From NCBI GenBank assembly GCA_004011035.1, contig CP025734.1:637106-701105 (forward strand): a DNA stretch of 64,000 nt. Direction: 5' to 3'. The position numbers and the translations under genes were made by a program. This document shows positions 10,392 to 21,266 of the stretch, piece after piece. The DNA comes from Bdellovibrio sp. qaytius (GTDB lineage: Bacteria > Bdellovibrionota > Bdellovibrionia > Bdellovibrionales > Bdellovibrionaceae). The notes below the pieces were generated by a model. That model ran no database searches and was not told where the DNA came from. It worked only from the letters and a program-made list of their open reading frames with translations. Positions within the stretch are counted from its first letter, which is position 1; each line of letters opens with the position of its first letter.

Positions 10392-11339
10392 ATGTCTACG
10401 AGCTATCCAAATAACATTTTACGCTCTGTCATTGACCTCAAGTCAGCAACAGCTACCGAAATCTATTCTCTTTTTGAAGCTGCTTTAAAACTTAAAAAAG
10501 ATTTTTCTGCGCATAAAGATATTCCACAAAAAGGAATTGCCGCACTTTTGTTTTTTGAACCAAGCACTCGCACAAGGTTTAGCTTCGAAGCAGCATGCGC
10601 AAGATCAGGCGTTCATCCGTTGGTCTTAAGCGGATCTGCGGGAACCAGTCTTGAAAAAGACGAAACATTAGAAGACACAATATTAAATATTGAGGCTATG
10701 AAGCCTCTTTTTTTTGTAATCCGATCTCCTGATACTTTAGACATGCGTCAGATGGCTGAATCAATTCACACTCCTATTATCAATGCAGGTTGGGGTAAGC
10801 AAGGTCATCCAACACAAGCCTTATTAGACATGTTAACGGTCTTTGAAAAATTTAACGGTGTTGAAGGCAAAAAAATTCTTTTTGTTGGCGATATCAAACA
10901 TTCTCGCGTGGTGAGCTCACATTTAGAACTTGCGAAAGTTTTAGGATACAAAATCGGTTACGCTTGCCCGGCCAACTTTTTACCAAGCACAGTCGGTCGC
11001 GATGTGATGTATTTCAGTCAGCTGAAAGAAGGTCTTCAATGGGCCGATGCCGTCGTTGCGTTACGTGTACAAAAAGAACGTCATATTAAATCTGGCAGCG
11101 GAGCTGATGGTACAGCTTTTTCTGTTGATAATTACAAAAAACAATTCAGCATAAACAACACAACTCTTGAAGATTTTCGATCTGACGGTTTGTTACTGCA
11201 CCCGGGGCCCATCAATTATGGTGTAGAGCTTGAAAAAGAAGTTTTACAAGATTCACGTTCGCAAATTTTAAAATTAGTTGAAAATGGAGCCTTCGTTCGC
11301 GAAGCGCTTATTCGTCAAGTTTTACAGGGGATTTCATAA
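10392..11339 (+). CDS. pyrB: aspartate carbamoyltransferase catalytic subunit
   Basis: FFEPSTRTRFSFE, HPTQALLD and LHPGP motifs. Confidence 0.97.
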   Translation: MSTSYPNNILRSVIDLKSATATEIYSLFEAALKLKKDFSAHKDIPQKGIAALLFFEPSTRTRFSFEAACARSGVHPLVLSGSAGTSLEKDETLEDTILNIEAMKPLFFVIRSPDTLDMRQMAESIHTPIINAGWGKQGHPTQALLDMLTVFEKFNGVEGKKILFVGDIKHSRVVSSHLELAKVLGYKIGYACPANFLPSTVGRDVMYFSQLKEGLQWADAVVALRVQKERHIKSGSGADGTAFSVDNYKKQFSINNTTLEDFRSDGLLLHPGPINYGVELEKEVLQDSRSQILKLVENGAFVREALIRQVLQGIS

Positions 11340-12451
11340 TGCTAAACAGATATTTAGTTTTAGAAGACGGGCAAGTTTTCACAGGCGAAGCCTTAGCTGC
11401 ACAAACAGAATTCCCTGAAATGGCCGGCGAAGTAGTTTTTAATACAACTCACTCAGGTTACGAAGAAATTGCAACTGATCCCTCGTACATGAATCAAATC
11501 ATCGTGATGACGGCTCCTATGCAAGGTAACTACGGTGTAGATGATACAGTTTGGGAATCTAAAAAAATCTGGATCAAAGGTTTTATCTGCTTACAAATGC
11601 AATTCAGTAAAAACAATTCATCTTGGGCTCAACGTTTGATGGATCATAAAGTTCCAATCTTAACTGATGTTGATACAAGAAAATTAGTGATCCAGTTACG
11701 TCAACAAGGCACTCCGTGGGGAGCACTTGTTCAAGCAGCTAATGAATCTGCCGCCAAAGAGCGCGCCAAAACAATGATCGAAAAAGCCAAACAAGTTGAT
11801 GGTGACTGGGTTTGGGAGGCTTCTCGCAAAGAAGCTCTAGAAATTATCGGTGATAATCCAAACGGACCACGCGTTGCTGTTTTAGACTTCGGCGCTAAAG
11901 AAAATATTATTCGTGAATTAAAAACTCGCTGCAGCCACTTAAAAATTTTTCCATCTCGTGCTGATGCAAAAACCATCGAAGCTTATGATCCAGATGGTAT
12001 CATGTTAACTAACGGCCCAGGCGATCCAGCTGAAGTTAAAAATGCTCCACAGACAATTCGCCATTTCTTAGGCCGCAAGCCTATATTTGGTATTTGCATG
12101 GGGCACCAAGTTTTATCCATCGCTCTTGGTGCAAAAACTTACAAACTTAAATTCGGTCATCGCGGAGCAAATCATCCGATTCAAGACCGCATTTTAGATA
12201 TGATCTATATGTCGAGCCAAAATCATGGTTACGCGGTAGATTCGCAAACACTTCCAGAACATGTTTTAGTTACGCATAAAAATTTAAATGATCAAACGGT
12301 GGCAGGGTTTTTCTCTGAAAAACAAAACTGTCTTGGTATTCAATACCATCCTGAAAGTCATCCAGGTCCACATGATGCAGTTAAATTATTTGATTTCTTT
12401 ATTAATAAAATGATCGCCAAAAAGGAAAAATCCAACCATGCTCACCATTGA
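11339..12451 (+). CDS. carA: carbamoyl-phosphate synthase small subunit
   Basis: GEVVFNT, NGPGDP, GICMGHQ and QYHPE motifs. Confidence 0.98.
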   Translation: MLNRYLVLEDGQVFTGEALAAQTEFPEMAGEVVFNTTHSGYEEIATDPSYMNQIIVMTAPMQGNYGVDDTVWESKKIWIKGFICLQMQFSKNNSSWAQRLMDHKVPILTDVDTRKLVIQLRQQGTPWGALVQAANESAAKERAKTMIEKAKQVDGDWVWEASRKEALEIIGDNPNGPRVAVLDFGAKENIIRELKTRCSHLKIFPSRADAKTIEAYDPDGIMLTNGPGDPAEVKNAPQTIRHFLGRKPIFGICMGHQVLSIALGAKTYKLKFGHRGANHPIQDRILDMIYMSSQNHGYAVDSQTLPEHVLVTHKNLNDQTVAGFFSEKQNCLGIQYHPESHPGPHDAVKLFDFFINKMIAKKEKSNHAHH

Positions 12452-13094
12452 ACAATTTGAAAGCTCATATATTAAATTAGTTGGGCACTTTGCTTCGGCT
12501 AAATTCCAAGACGAGCTTAATATGGCTCGTAAAGAGTTTTTTGAAAATGCCGGAACATTGGATGAAAATAAGCCGAACTACACTTTAAGAATGAATCAGT
12601 TTTATGACTGGTATTTTTTAACTCGTCCGTTAAAGGGCCACATGCAAACTCCATTAATGGTTTGCAGTATTCAACGTGAATTAAGATTAACCGAAGAAGA
12701 CGAACAAACGATCGAGATTCTTAAAAAAGCTCGTCATTCATTGTTTGAATTAATCAAAGTTAAAAAAGATGAAATTCAATTAAAAGATTTATTTAAAAAC
12801 GAAAAAATCATCGTCAACGGCGAACAGCATATTTTCGAATTTGATGAAAAAGAATTTTTTGAAGTCCGTATTGTAGAATTAGACGGAAAAAAATATTTCT
12901 TAAAAGGATTTTGTTTTCACCCAGAGTCAGCGCAAAAATTTATTTTGGCTGAAGTTAAAGTGTATCAAAAAAATCCAGATTTAAACCCAGCAGATTTTAT
13001 GCTTCGTTTGGTTAAAATGCGTTACAAGTTTGAACAGTACCGCCATGTAAAACCAGACATGATTTACACGAACGAAAACAAACTGGGGTTATAA
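12438..13094 (+). CDS. hypothetical cytoplasmic protein between carA and carB
   Basis: 218-aa ORF overlapping the carA stop; protein-like composition; no motif recognised with confidence. Confidence 0.8.
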   Translation: MLTIEQFESSYIKLVGHFASAKFQDELNMARKEFFENAGTLDENKPNYTLRMNQFYDWYFLTRPLKGHMQTPLMVCSIQRELRLTEEDEQTIEILKKARHSLFELIKVKKDEIQLKDLFKNEKIIVNGEQHIFEFDEKEFFEVRIVELDGKKYFLKGFCFHPESAQKFILAEVKVYQKNPDLNPADFMLRLVKMRYKFEQYRHVKPDMIYTNENKLGL

Positions 13095-13098
13095 TATT

Positions 13099-13118
13099 TG
13101 CGTGTCTGCGACACGACT
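13099..13118. repeat. copy 2 of the 20-bp palindromic element (TGCGTGTCTGCGACACGACT)
   Basis: Identical to 49900-49919; core CGTGTC-N3-GACACG is self-complementary. Confidence 0.85.
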
Positions 13119-13151
13119 ATTTACGAATCTTAACAAGGCTAGGAGACAAAA

Positions 13152-16100
13152 ATGCCACGTTTAGAAAAGTTTAAAAGAGTTTTGATCATCGGAAGCGGCC
13201 CTATTAAAATTGGCCAAGCCTGTGAGTTCGATTATTCAGGCACCCAAGCTTGTAAGGCCTTAATGGCTGAAGGCTTAGAAGTTATTCTAGTTAATTCTAA
13301 TCCAGCAACAATCATGACTGATCCAGATATCGCGACTCGCACTTACGTAGAACCTCTTGAAGTTGAATTCTTAGAAAAAATCCTAGCCAAAGAAAAACCA
13401 GATGCAGTTATTCCTACATTAGGCGGGCAAACGGCACTGAACTTAGCTTTAGAATTAGATAAACGTGGAATTTTAAAAAAGCACAATGTTCAGCTTCTAG
13501 GAGCAACTCCTGAAGTGATCGAAGCTGCTGAAGATCGCGAAAAATTTCGTGCGATCCTTGACGAAGTTGGAGCAAAGTATCCGCGTTCAGAAATGGTTAG
13601 AAATTTCGAACAAGGTTTAACTGCTGCAGAAGTTTTAGGTTACCCCATCATCTTACGCCCAAACTACACATTAGGTGGTGGCGGTGGCGGAGTTGCTTAT
13701 TCACCTGAAGAATATAAACAGATGCTGGTGCAAGCTTTACACGAAAGCCCCACATCAGAAGTTTTAGTCGAAGAATCAATTTTAGGTTGGAAAGAATTCG
13801 AACTTGAAGTGATGCGCGATTCAAACGGCACTTTCGTTGTTGTTTGTTCGATTGAAAACTTTGATCCTTGCGGAGTTCATACCGGTGATTCAATTACGGT
13901 AGCTCCTCAACAAACTCTATCTGATCGCGAATACCAAGCGATGCGCGATGAAGCTTGCAAAATTATTAACCGAGTCGGTATTCAAACAGGCGGAGCCAAC
14001 GTTCAGTTCGCCACTCATCCAAAAACGGGTGAACGTGTTGTTATCGAGATGAATCCACGTGTGTCTCGCTCTTCAGCCTTAGCTAGTAAAGCCACAGGCT
14101 TTCCGATTGCTAAAATCGCAGCGTTATTAGCGATTGGTTACCAATTGCATGAATTAAAAAATGATATCACGCAAGTAACACCAACATGTTACGAGCCAGC
14201 TCTTGATTACGTCGTTACAAAAATTCCACGCTTTGCTTTCGAAAAATTTCCTGGTTCAAAAGATATTTTAACTACGCAAATGAAAAGCGTTGGTGAGGTT
14301 ATGGCCATTGGCCGTACCTTCCAAGAATCGTTTATGAAGGCTCTGGCCGCATTAGAAAAACATACTGAAGGTGTTCCAGACGTAGCTTTTGATTTACAAA
14401 AAGTTTCTTACCCGAACTCGCAGCGTGTATGGCATATCTTTCAGGCTTTTCGTCATAATTTAGGCCTGAACATGATTTGGGAACTCACTCAAATTACGCC
14501 ATGGTTCTTAGAGCAAATCGAAACAATCGTGCGCTTTGAATCAACATTTAAAAAAGAAGAGTTGTCGACAGAACTTTTATTAAAGGCCAAACGTTTAGGC
14601 TTTACTGATGCAAGACTTGCGAAGTTAAAAGATTTTTCGACAACAAATTTGAAAAACATTCGTCACAAGTTTGGAATTCGTCCCGCATTTTTCCAAGTAG
14701 ATACTTGTGCCGGAGAATTTGCTTCTTCAACTCCATATTATTACTCAACGTACTGGAGTAAACCAGAAGGCTCAATCGCTTTACCGAAAACAGTAGCAGT
14801 TATTGGTAGCGGACCAAATCGTATCGGGCAAGGTATCGAGTTTGATTACTCATGTGTTCGTGGGGTGAAAGCCTTGCAAAAACTGGGTTACAAAGTAGCG
14901 ATGTTAAACTCAAATCCTGAAACTGTATCAACTGATTATGACACTTCAGATATATTGTTTTTTGAGCCACTCACTCTAGAGCATCTTACAGAAGTGTTTA
15001 ATGCGATTAAACCAGAAGGTTTTATCGCCCAATTAGGCGGACAGACTCCAATTAACTTAGCAAGAAGTCTGACTGAAGAAGGTTTTAAATTATTAGGTTC
15101 ATCTTTAAACTCGATCGATCTCGCCGAAGACCGTAAAAAATTCGCTGAGCTTTGCCGCGAATTAAATTTATCAATTCCAAACTCAGCAATGGCTGGCAAT
15201 ATCGGTGAAGCTATTCAAAAAGAATCTGAAGTTGGTTATCCAATGATCTGCCGTCCAAGTTATGTCATTGGTGGCCGTCGTATGGAAGTTATCGAAAACC
15301 GTTCTGAACTAGAAACATATTTCGAACGCCATAAAGATTTTATCGGTGGAAAAAACCCATGTCTAATGGATCAATTTCTATCTGGAGCTCTTGAAGTCGA
15401 TGTAGATTTAGTGCGCGGTAAAAATTGGATTTTAAGTGGCGGCATTATTGAACATATCGAGGCCGCTGGCGTTCACTCTGGTGACAGTATGGGCGTTGTG
15501 CCTCCGCAGCGTTTAAAAGAAGACACTTTAGAAAAAATTGAAAAAATGAGTTTTCAATTGGCTCACAAGTTAAATGTCGAAGGCCATTTAAATTTACAGT
15601 TAGCGATTAAAAACGACGAGATTTTTGTCTTAGAAGCCAACCCAAGAAGTTCACGCTCGGTTCCATTCTTAGCTAAAGCCACGGGTATTCCACTCGTCGA
15701 TCTGGGTATGAAGGGTCAACTTGGTTTAGATTTAACTCCTGAAGAGCAAGCTTATGATTGGAAAAAGATCAAACAAGTTTGCGTAAAAGGTGTTGTGTTT
15801 CCATTCAAAAAATTTCAAGATTCAGATTCTGTTCTGGGCCCTGAAATGAAATCAACAGGCGAATCAATGGGTCGTGCAGACACTTATTCTGAAGCTTTAG
15901 TTAAAGCTTTCGTTTCAAGTTCTTTAGCCTTACCTAAATCGGGCGAAGTGTTCTTGTCTTTACGTGATAAAGATAAAGCCCCCATGCTCCCGCTTTTAAG
16001 CACATTGCAAAAATTGGGTTTTACTTTTTCAGGCACTCGCGGAACTTCAGACTTTTTAAAAGAACACGGTGTTAACTGTTTAAGTTTAAATAAAGTTCAC

Positions 16101-16325
16101 GAAGGTCGTCCGCACTGTGTGGATCGCATTCGTTCTGGCCAAGTGCATTTTGTTATTAACACTACGGCGGGTCGTCATGCCTTAGAGGCAAGTTTCGCAA
16201 TTCGTCGTGCTTGTACTGACTACAGTATCCCCTGTTTGACTGAAAGCGATGCGGCTGAGGCATTTGTCCTAGCCTTAGAAAAAGCAAAGACTGGACGATT
16301 CGAGGTTAGTCATCTAAGCTTTTAA
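13152..16325 (+). CDS. carB: carbamoyl-phosphate synthase large subunit
   Basis: [17 protein letters not shown], duplicated ATP-grasp domains and a C-terminal MGS domain. Confidence 0.99.
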   Translation: MPRLEKFKRVLIIGSGPIKIGQACEFDYSGTQACKALMAEGLEVILVNSNPATIMTDPDIATRTYVEPLEVEFLEKILAKEKPDAVIPTLGGQTALNLALELDKRGILKKHNVQLLGATPEVIEAAEDREKFRAILDEVGAKYPRSEMVRNFEQGLTAAEVLGYPIILRPNYTLGGGGGGVAYSPEEYKQMLVQALHESPTSEVLVEESILGWKEFELEVMRDSNGTFVVVCSIENFDPCGVHTGDSITVAPQQTLSDREYQAMRDEACKIINRVGIQTGGANVQFATHPKTGERVVIEMNPRVSRSSALASKATGFPIAKIAALLAIGYQLHELKNDITQVTPTCYEPALDYVVTKIPRFAFEKFPGSKDILTTQMKSVGEVMAIGRTFQESFMKALAALEKHTEGVPDVAFDLQKVSYPNSQRVWHIFQAFRHNLGLNMIWELTQITPWFLEQIETIVRFESTFKKEELSTELLLKAKRLGFTDARLAKLKDFSTTNLKNIRHKFGIRPAFFQVDTCAGEFASSTPYYYSTYWSKPEGSIALPKTVAVIGSGPNRIGQGIEFDYSCVRGVKALQKLGYKVAMLNSNPETVSTDYDTSDILFFEPLTLEHLTEVFNAIKPEGFIAQLGGQTPINLARSLTEEGFKLLGSSLNSIDLAEDRKKFAELCRELNLSIPNSAMAGNIGEAIQKESEVGYPMICRPSYVIGGRRMEVIENRSELETYFERHKDFIGGKNPCLMDQFLSGALEVDVDLVRGKNWILSGGIIEHIEAAGVHSGDSMGVVPPQRLKEDTLEKIEKMSFQLAHKLNVEGHLNLQLAIKNDEIFVLEANPRSSRSVPFLAKATGIPLVDLGMKGQLGLDLTPEEQAYDWKKIKQVCVKGVVFPFKKFQDSDSVLGPEMKSTGESMGRADTYSEALVKAFVSSSLALPKSGEVFLSLRDKDKAPMLPLLSTLQKLGFTFSGTRGTSDFLKEHGVNCLSLNKVHEGRPHCVDRIRSGQVHFVINTTAGRHALEASFAIRRACTDYSIPCLTESDAAEAFVLALEKAKTGRFEVSHLSF

Positions 16326-16330
16326 GCTAG

Positions 16331-17200
16331 ATGACTAACTTAAAACGTTTACTAGTAGCTTCAATTTTATTTCTTACAGCTTCGGCGTTTGCTGAAGCTA
16401 CTCCTAAATCGATTACATTGGGATTAATTCCTGGTGGTCATCCTGAATCTATCAAGGCCGAATCAAAGATTATCGCTGAACAACTGCAAAAGAAGTTCAA
16501 TGTTCCGGTTAATATTTATATTTCTAAAAATTATGCGGGGCTTACAACAGCTTTAAAAAATAAAAAAGTGGATTACGCTTTTTTAACAGCTTTAAGCTTA
16601 GTCGAAGCTGAAAAAGAAGTGCCTGTTAAAGTGTTACTTAAAAAAACATACAACGGCCCCTATTATTTTTCAGGTTTAGTTGTTCGAGCTGATAGTAAAA
16701 TCAAATCAGTCAAAGATCTTAAAGGTAAATCGATTGTGTTTGTCGACCCGCAATCAACTTCAGGTTATTTGTACCCTCAGGTTTATTTACGTAAAAATAA
16801 TTTTACAGATCAAAGTTTCAAATCAGTTAGCTTTTCAGGAAGCCACGCCGCCTCTGTTGAAAAGTTAGAAAATAAAGAAGTCGATGTGGCCGCTGTTTTC
16901 GTTGATGACGAAAAAACTAACGACGGCGCTTGGGAGCGATTTAAAAAAGATCCTAAGTCGAAGTTTCGTTTGTTATGGGTCAGTGATCCTATTCCCAATG
17001 ATCCCATCGTCGTTCGCCAAGATTTTTATGACCAGTATCCAAAGTTAACTCATGAATTAATGTATGAGCTGATTGAAATGCAAAGCGATGCAGGCACTAA
17101 AAAATTAATCTCTGAGATTATGGGTAAGGGCGAATTAATGCCAGCAACATCAAAGCAATATGACCCAGTTCGTGAAGTAAATAAGGTGTTTAATAAATAG
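16331..17200 (+). CDS. PhnD-like phosphate/phosphonate periplasmic binding protein
   Basis: Signal peptide; FVDPQSTSGYLYP, FSGSHAAS and SDPIPNDP are PhnD-family motifs. Confidence 0.85.
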   Translation: MTNLKRLLVASILFLTASAFAEATPKSITLGLIPGGHPESIKAESKIIAEQLQKKFNVPVNIYISKNYAGLTTALKNKKVDYAFLTALSLVEAEKEVPVKVLLKKTYNGPYYFSGLVVRADSKIKSVKDLKGKSIVFVDPQSTSGYLYPQVYLRKNNFTDQSFKSVSFSGSHAASVEKLENKEVDVAAVFVDDEKTNDGAWERFKKDPKSKFRLLWVSDPIPNDPIVVRQDFYDQYPKLTHELMYELIEMQSDAGTKKLISEIMGKGELMPATSKQYDPVREVNKVFNK

Positions 17201-17201
17201 T

Positions 17202-17948
17202 ATGGATATTATTAAAGTCAGCGGAATTCAAAAGTCGTTTCAGCCAGATTTTTATAAAAAACCTACAAAGGTTTTAAAAAACATTTCTTTCAATATCCAA
17301 AAAGGTAAATTCGTAGGTCTTATCGGGCCAAATGGGGCTGGTAAAACGACAACGATTAAATGTTTATTGCAGTTTATTTTTCCTGATACGGGAACAATTC
17401 AATTCGGCGATAACCAAGATTTTTTAGAATTTAAAAAACAAATTGGTTATTTGCCTGAGCGTCCATTTTTTCAAGAATTTTTATCAGGTTTAGAATTTCT
17501 AAAACTTCACTGGGATTTATCGGGCATAAAAAAAGACAATTTCGAACGCCGTGCGAACGAGGTCTTAGAGCTCGTAAAACTTGTTCATGCAAAAGATAAA
17601 AAATTAAAAGATTACTCTAAAGGAATGTTACAACGTATCGGCATTGCTCAGTCGTTAATTGCCTATCCTGATTTTTTAATTCTTGATGAGCCAATGTCGG
17701 GTTTAGATCCAGACGGTCGTATCTTGATTAAAGATATTCTAAAAGACCTTAAAAAAACGAATATTACAGTTTTAATGAGCAGTCATCTTTTAGAAGATAT
17801 TGATGAGTTGTGCGAAGAGCTTATCGTTATTCACGAAGGTGAATGTTTTTATAATGCTTCGACGACAGAATTTAAAAAGAACTTTAGTACCTTGCAAGAA
17901 GCTTACAAGGCTTTCAAAGGTCAATTTCAGGTGAATTATAACGTATGA
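17202..17948 (+). CDS. ABC transporter ATP-binding protein (PilH-like by position)
   Basis: GPNGAGKTT, YSKGMLQR and LDEPMSGLDP; sits upstream of pilD as in myxobacterial pilHID. Confidence 0.9.
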   Translation: MDIIKVSGIQKSFQPDFYKKPTKVLKNISFNIQKGKFVGLIGPNGAGKTTTIKCLLQFIFPDTGTIQFGDNQDFLEFKKQIGYLPERPFFQEFLSGLEFLKLHWDLSGIKKDNFERRANEVLELVKLVHAKDKKLKDYSKGMLQRIGIAQSLIAYPDFLILDEPMSGLDPDGRILIKDILKDLKKTNITVLMSSHLLEDIDELCEELIVIHEGECFYNASTTEFKKNFSTLQEAYKAFKGQFQVNYNV

Positions 17949-18703
17949 TTAGTTTAATATGGGTTAACACTCAAGAATGGTTTCGTCTTAAGTTTTTTCA
18001 AATCGTTTTATTTATATCTTTTTTATTCGTTTGTTTCAGTCAACTTTTAGGATCTTTAAGCTTCACAGAACAACAACGCCTGGTTGTTGATTTCGGTTTA
18101 GCCGGCATTGAAATCGCCTTAATTTTTATTGCCTGTTTTTTTTCAACACACTCTTTAGCCAAAGAAATTGAACGCAAAACTATTCTAGTTGTTCTTTCAA
18201 GACCAATCCCAAGATGGAAAATTCTTATAGGTTTTTTCGGAAGCCTTGCTATTTTAAATTTGGTCGCAGTGATTGTTCTGGGTGCGACTTTAGATGTTTT
18301 TGTTACAAGTGCAGGTGAATTTTTTAATTTAAATTTCATTTTAGCTTTGGCCATTATTTATTTAAAATCGTTAGTTATTGGATCAATCGGGTTGTGTATT
18401 AGTGTAATTGCTCGCCCGATGTTTGCTTTCGTGCTTACGATCACAATGTGGTTGATGAGTTACTCGATCGTTGAATTGCAGTTTTTTATGGAAAAAGCGC
18501 AAATTGAAAACAGTAAAGAAATTTATGCTGTGATCAGTATGGTGTTTCCTCAATTTTATAAATTTAATTGGAAAAGTTATGGTTTTTTAAAAGCTATTCC
18601 TAATCCCTACGATATTTCATGGGCCTTATTACATAGTGTTGGGTGGATTTGCCTAAGTTTGTATATAGCTGCAATGCTATTTAGAAAGAAAGAAATTGTC
18701 TGA
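17945..18703 (+). CDS. ABC-2 type permease (PilI-like by position)
   Basis: About 6 TM segments, EIERKTILVVLSRPIPR motif, 4-bp overlap with the ATPase. Confidence 0.85.
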   Translation: MISLIWVNTQEWFRLKFFQIVLFISFLFVCFSQLLGSLSFTEQQRLVVDFGLAGIEIALIFIACFFSTHSLAKEIERKTILVVLSRPIPRWKILIGFFGSLAILNLVAVIVLGATLDVFVTSAGEFFNLNFILALAIIYLKSLVIGSIGLCISVIARPMFAFVLTITMWLMSYSIVELQFFMEKAQIENSKEIYAVISMVFPQFYKFNWKSYGFLKAIPNPYDISWALLHSVGWICLSLYIAAMLFRKKEIV

Positions 18704-19481
18704 TTTAATGCCGTTTTTTTATTTCGTGGTGTTTTTATTCGGGGCTTGTTTTGGCAGCTTCGGTAACGTTTTAATTTATCGTATGCCTAAGGGCGAAAAA
18801 ATCACAGGGCGCAGTCATTGTAAAGAGTGCGGCCAAACAGTGGCTTGGTATCATAATATTCCGATGATCTCTTATTTTTTACTTAAAGGTCAGTGTGCGA
18901 ATTGCAAAGCTAAGTTTTCAATTCGCTATCCATTCGTTGAATTTCTAATGGGTGCTCTTTGGCTTGTCGTTTTTCATTTATACGGCGTGAGCTGGTTAAC
19001 TTTAGAATACTTTATCTTAGTGTTCGGTTTAGTGGTCGGAAGTTTTATCGATCTAGATCATATGATTTTACCCGATGAAATCACATTAGGCGGATGTGCT
19101 TTAGCCCTTATTGGAGCAGCGATAAATCCAGAACGTGCATTTATGGACGGATTTTTAGGATTTTTATTCGGCGGTGGCGTCTTGTGGTTAGTCGCTTATG
19201 TTTATTATGTCTTCACAGGCCGCGAAGGTTTAGGCGGCGGAGACATTAAACTCCTGGCATGGATTGGTGCGCTCTTAGGTTGGAGAGCCATTCCATTTGT
19301 TATTTTATCTTCTTCGATCACGGGCAGTATTATTGGACTTTATGTTTCACGCCACAGCGAAGACAAACTAAAAGCTGTTATTCCGTTTGGTCCTTTCATC
19401 GCCTTAGGGGCGGTAATGTATATTTTAGGACTTAAGTCTGTAGGTAATTGGTATATAGATTTGTTTTTCCCACAGTTTTGA
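18696..19481 (+). CDS. pilD: prepilin peptidase/N-methyltransferase
   Basis: FGSFGNVLIYRMP, two CxxC motifs, DLDHMILPD and GLGGGDIKL. Confidence 0.96.
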   Translation: MSDLMPFFYFVVFLFGACFGSFGNVLIYRMPKGEKITGRSHCKECGQTVAWYHNIPMISYFLLKGQCANCKAKFSIRYPFVEFLMGALWLVVFHLYGVSWLTLEYFILVFGLVVGSFIDLDHMILPDEITLGGCALALIGAAINPERAFMDGFLGFLFGGGVLWLVAYVYYVFTGREGLGGGDIKLLAWIGALLGWRAIPFVILSSSITGSIIGLYVSRHSEDKLKAVIPFGPFIALGAVMYILGLKSVGNWYIDLFFPQF

Positions 19482-19599
19482 TCTCGACTAGCCTTTAGTG
19501 AATCAATAAAAATCTGCCTAGACCCGACCACTTTTACATGTGCAAACTTTGACAAGACTCAACCATCGATCAGATAATTTAGGTTGGGAGTCTGGCAGC

Positions 19600-20652
19600 A
19601 TGATATTTTCATCAAAAAAGGTGATTGGATTAGATCTTGGATCGAGTTCAATCAAAATGGCCGAATTAAAACTTAGTGGTAACACCGCTGAGCTTGAAAA
19701 CTTTGCATCGGTGCAAACACCGCCGCAAGCCATGACCAATGGAGAAATCACAGATTCTTTCTTGCTTGGTGAGGCGATTAAATCTCTACATAAAGAACAA
19801 CGTTTCAATCGTAATGTTGTTAACGTAGGTATGTGGGGCAACTCTGCGATCGTCAAAAAAATATCACTCCCTAAACGTGATCCGAAAGAATTGCGCGAAC
19901 AGATTAAGTTCGAAGCGCAACAATACTTACCATTCGATATTTCACAAGTAACACTTGAGCATCATATTTTACCTTTCTCAACGACTCCAGATATGATGGA
20001 TGTTTTAATCATCGCAGCTCAAAATGATTTCATCGGTAAGTACGTCGAAGTCACAACATTCTCTGGCTTAAAATGTAAAATCATCGATGTGGCCAGTTTA
20101 GCTTTAGCGAATGTTTTTGAATTCAATTACGGTCGCTTCAATGAGCCCGTAGCTTTATTTAATTTCGGTGCAAATTCGACACAGTTCCTTGTGATTCTTC
20201 AAGGTGAAGTTTTATTCGTGCGTGATATTCCAGTCGGCGGGTTTCACTTTACGAATGAAATCAGTAAAAACATGGGTATTACTCTTGAAGAAGCCGAAGT
20301 TTTAAAACTAACTCAGCAAGATCAATCAACCGAGCAACCTGAAAACACAAAAACGTTCATGAATATCGCGCTTGATTACGTGACTGAAGAAATCAGAAAC
20401 AGTATTGATTTCTATTCAGCATCAGGTGGCGATTTACAAATTACAAAAGCTTACTTCACGGGCGGCGCAAGTTTAACTGAAGGAATGATTGATCATTTAC
20501 AAGATGTTTTAAAAATTCCATTCGAACAGTTAAACCCGCTTCTTCGTATTAAACCTGCGAATAAAAAATTAACTCCAGCTTACTTAAACCAAATCACTCC
20601 GTTTTTATCGACGACGTTAGGTTTAGCTCTGCGCCAGGTGGGTGATTCGTGA
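19600..20652 (+). CDS. pilM: type IV pilus assembly protein PilM
   Basis: IGLDLGSSSIK actin-like motif, FEAQQYLPF and TTLGLALR; probable start at ATG 19600 after GGGAG. Confidence 0.95.
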   Translation: MIFSSKKVIGLDLGSSSIKMAELKLSGNTAELENFASVQTPPQAMTNGEITDSFLLGEAIKSLHKEQRFNRNVVNVGMWGNSAIVKKISLPKRDPKELREQIKFEAQQYLPFDISQVTLEHHILPFSTTPDMMDVLIIAAQNDFIGKYVEVTTFSGLKCKIIDVASLALANVFEFNYGRFNEPVALFNFGANSTQFLVILQGEVLFVRDIPVGGFHFTNEISKNMGITLEEAEVLKLTQQDQSTEQPENTKTFMNIALDYVTEEIRNSIDFYSASGGDLQITKAYFTGGASLTEGMIDHLQDVLKIPFEQLNPLLRIKPANKKLTPAYLNQITPFLSTTLGLALRQVGDS

Positions 20653-21266
20653 TTAAGGTAAATCTCCTTAAATCATATTCAAGCGTTGAAGCTGAGTTTT
20701 CTTCTGATTTTGGTGAAGAAGCAAAACAGGTCAGAGCCGATTTTTTTAAACGGGTGTTCGTCTTTTTAATTGGGCCATTAGGTTTAATTGGCTATGAAAT
20801 GTATAATATTCCTCAGCTTGATCGCCAGAAGATGGCATTAACTTCAGATTTAGCTACTTTAGTTGAGTTCAATCAGCGTAAAGAAGCTATTGCTGCCGAA
20901 ATTTCTAAATATGAAGAAGATAAAAAACGTTTAAATCGTCAAACGCAATTCTTAGAGCGTATTTCGCGTGAACGTTTGTATCCATTAGAACTTATGAATC
21001 GCCTGAAAGAAGCTATTCCTGCAGGTGTTTGGTTAACTGGTTTTAATACATTAGGTAATCGCTTAGAATTCACAGGCGGCGGAGACACTGAAAAAGCCAT
21101 TTCTGACTTCGAAGGAAAACTAACAAGCACTCAAATTTTAAAAAATGTAAAATTACAAACTATCGATGTTATGCCTGTGAACGATGCGCTTAAGTCTGAT
21201 TTAAGGATTCGCTCATTTATGATCACGGCTGAATACGCAACTAGCGAAGGAGCCAAAAATGAATGA
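20649..21266 (+). CDS. pilN: type IV pilus assembly protein PilN
   Basis: N-terminal IKVNLL motif, TM segment, coiled coil, IPAGVWLT. Confidence 0.9.
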   Translation: MIKVNLLKSYSSVEAEFSSDFGEEAKQVRADFFKRVFVFLIGPLGLIGYEMYNIPQLDRQKMALTSDLATLVEFNQRKEAIAAEISKYEEDKKRLNRQTQFLERISRERLYPLELMNRLKEAIPAGVWLTGFNTLGNRLEFTGGGDTEKAISDFEGKLTSTQILKNVKLQTIDVMPVNDALKSDLRIRSFMITAEYATSEGAKNE

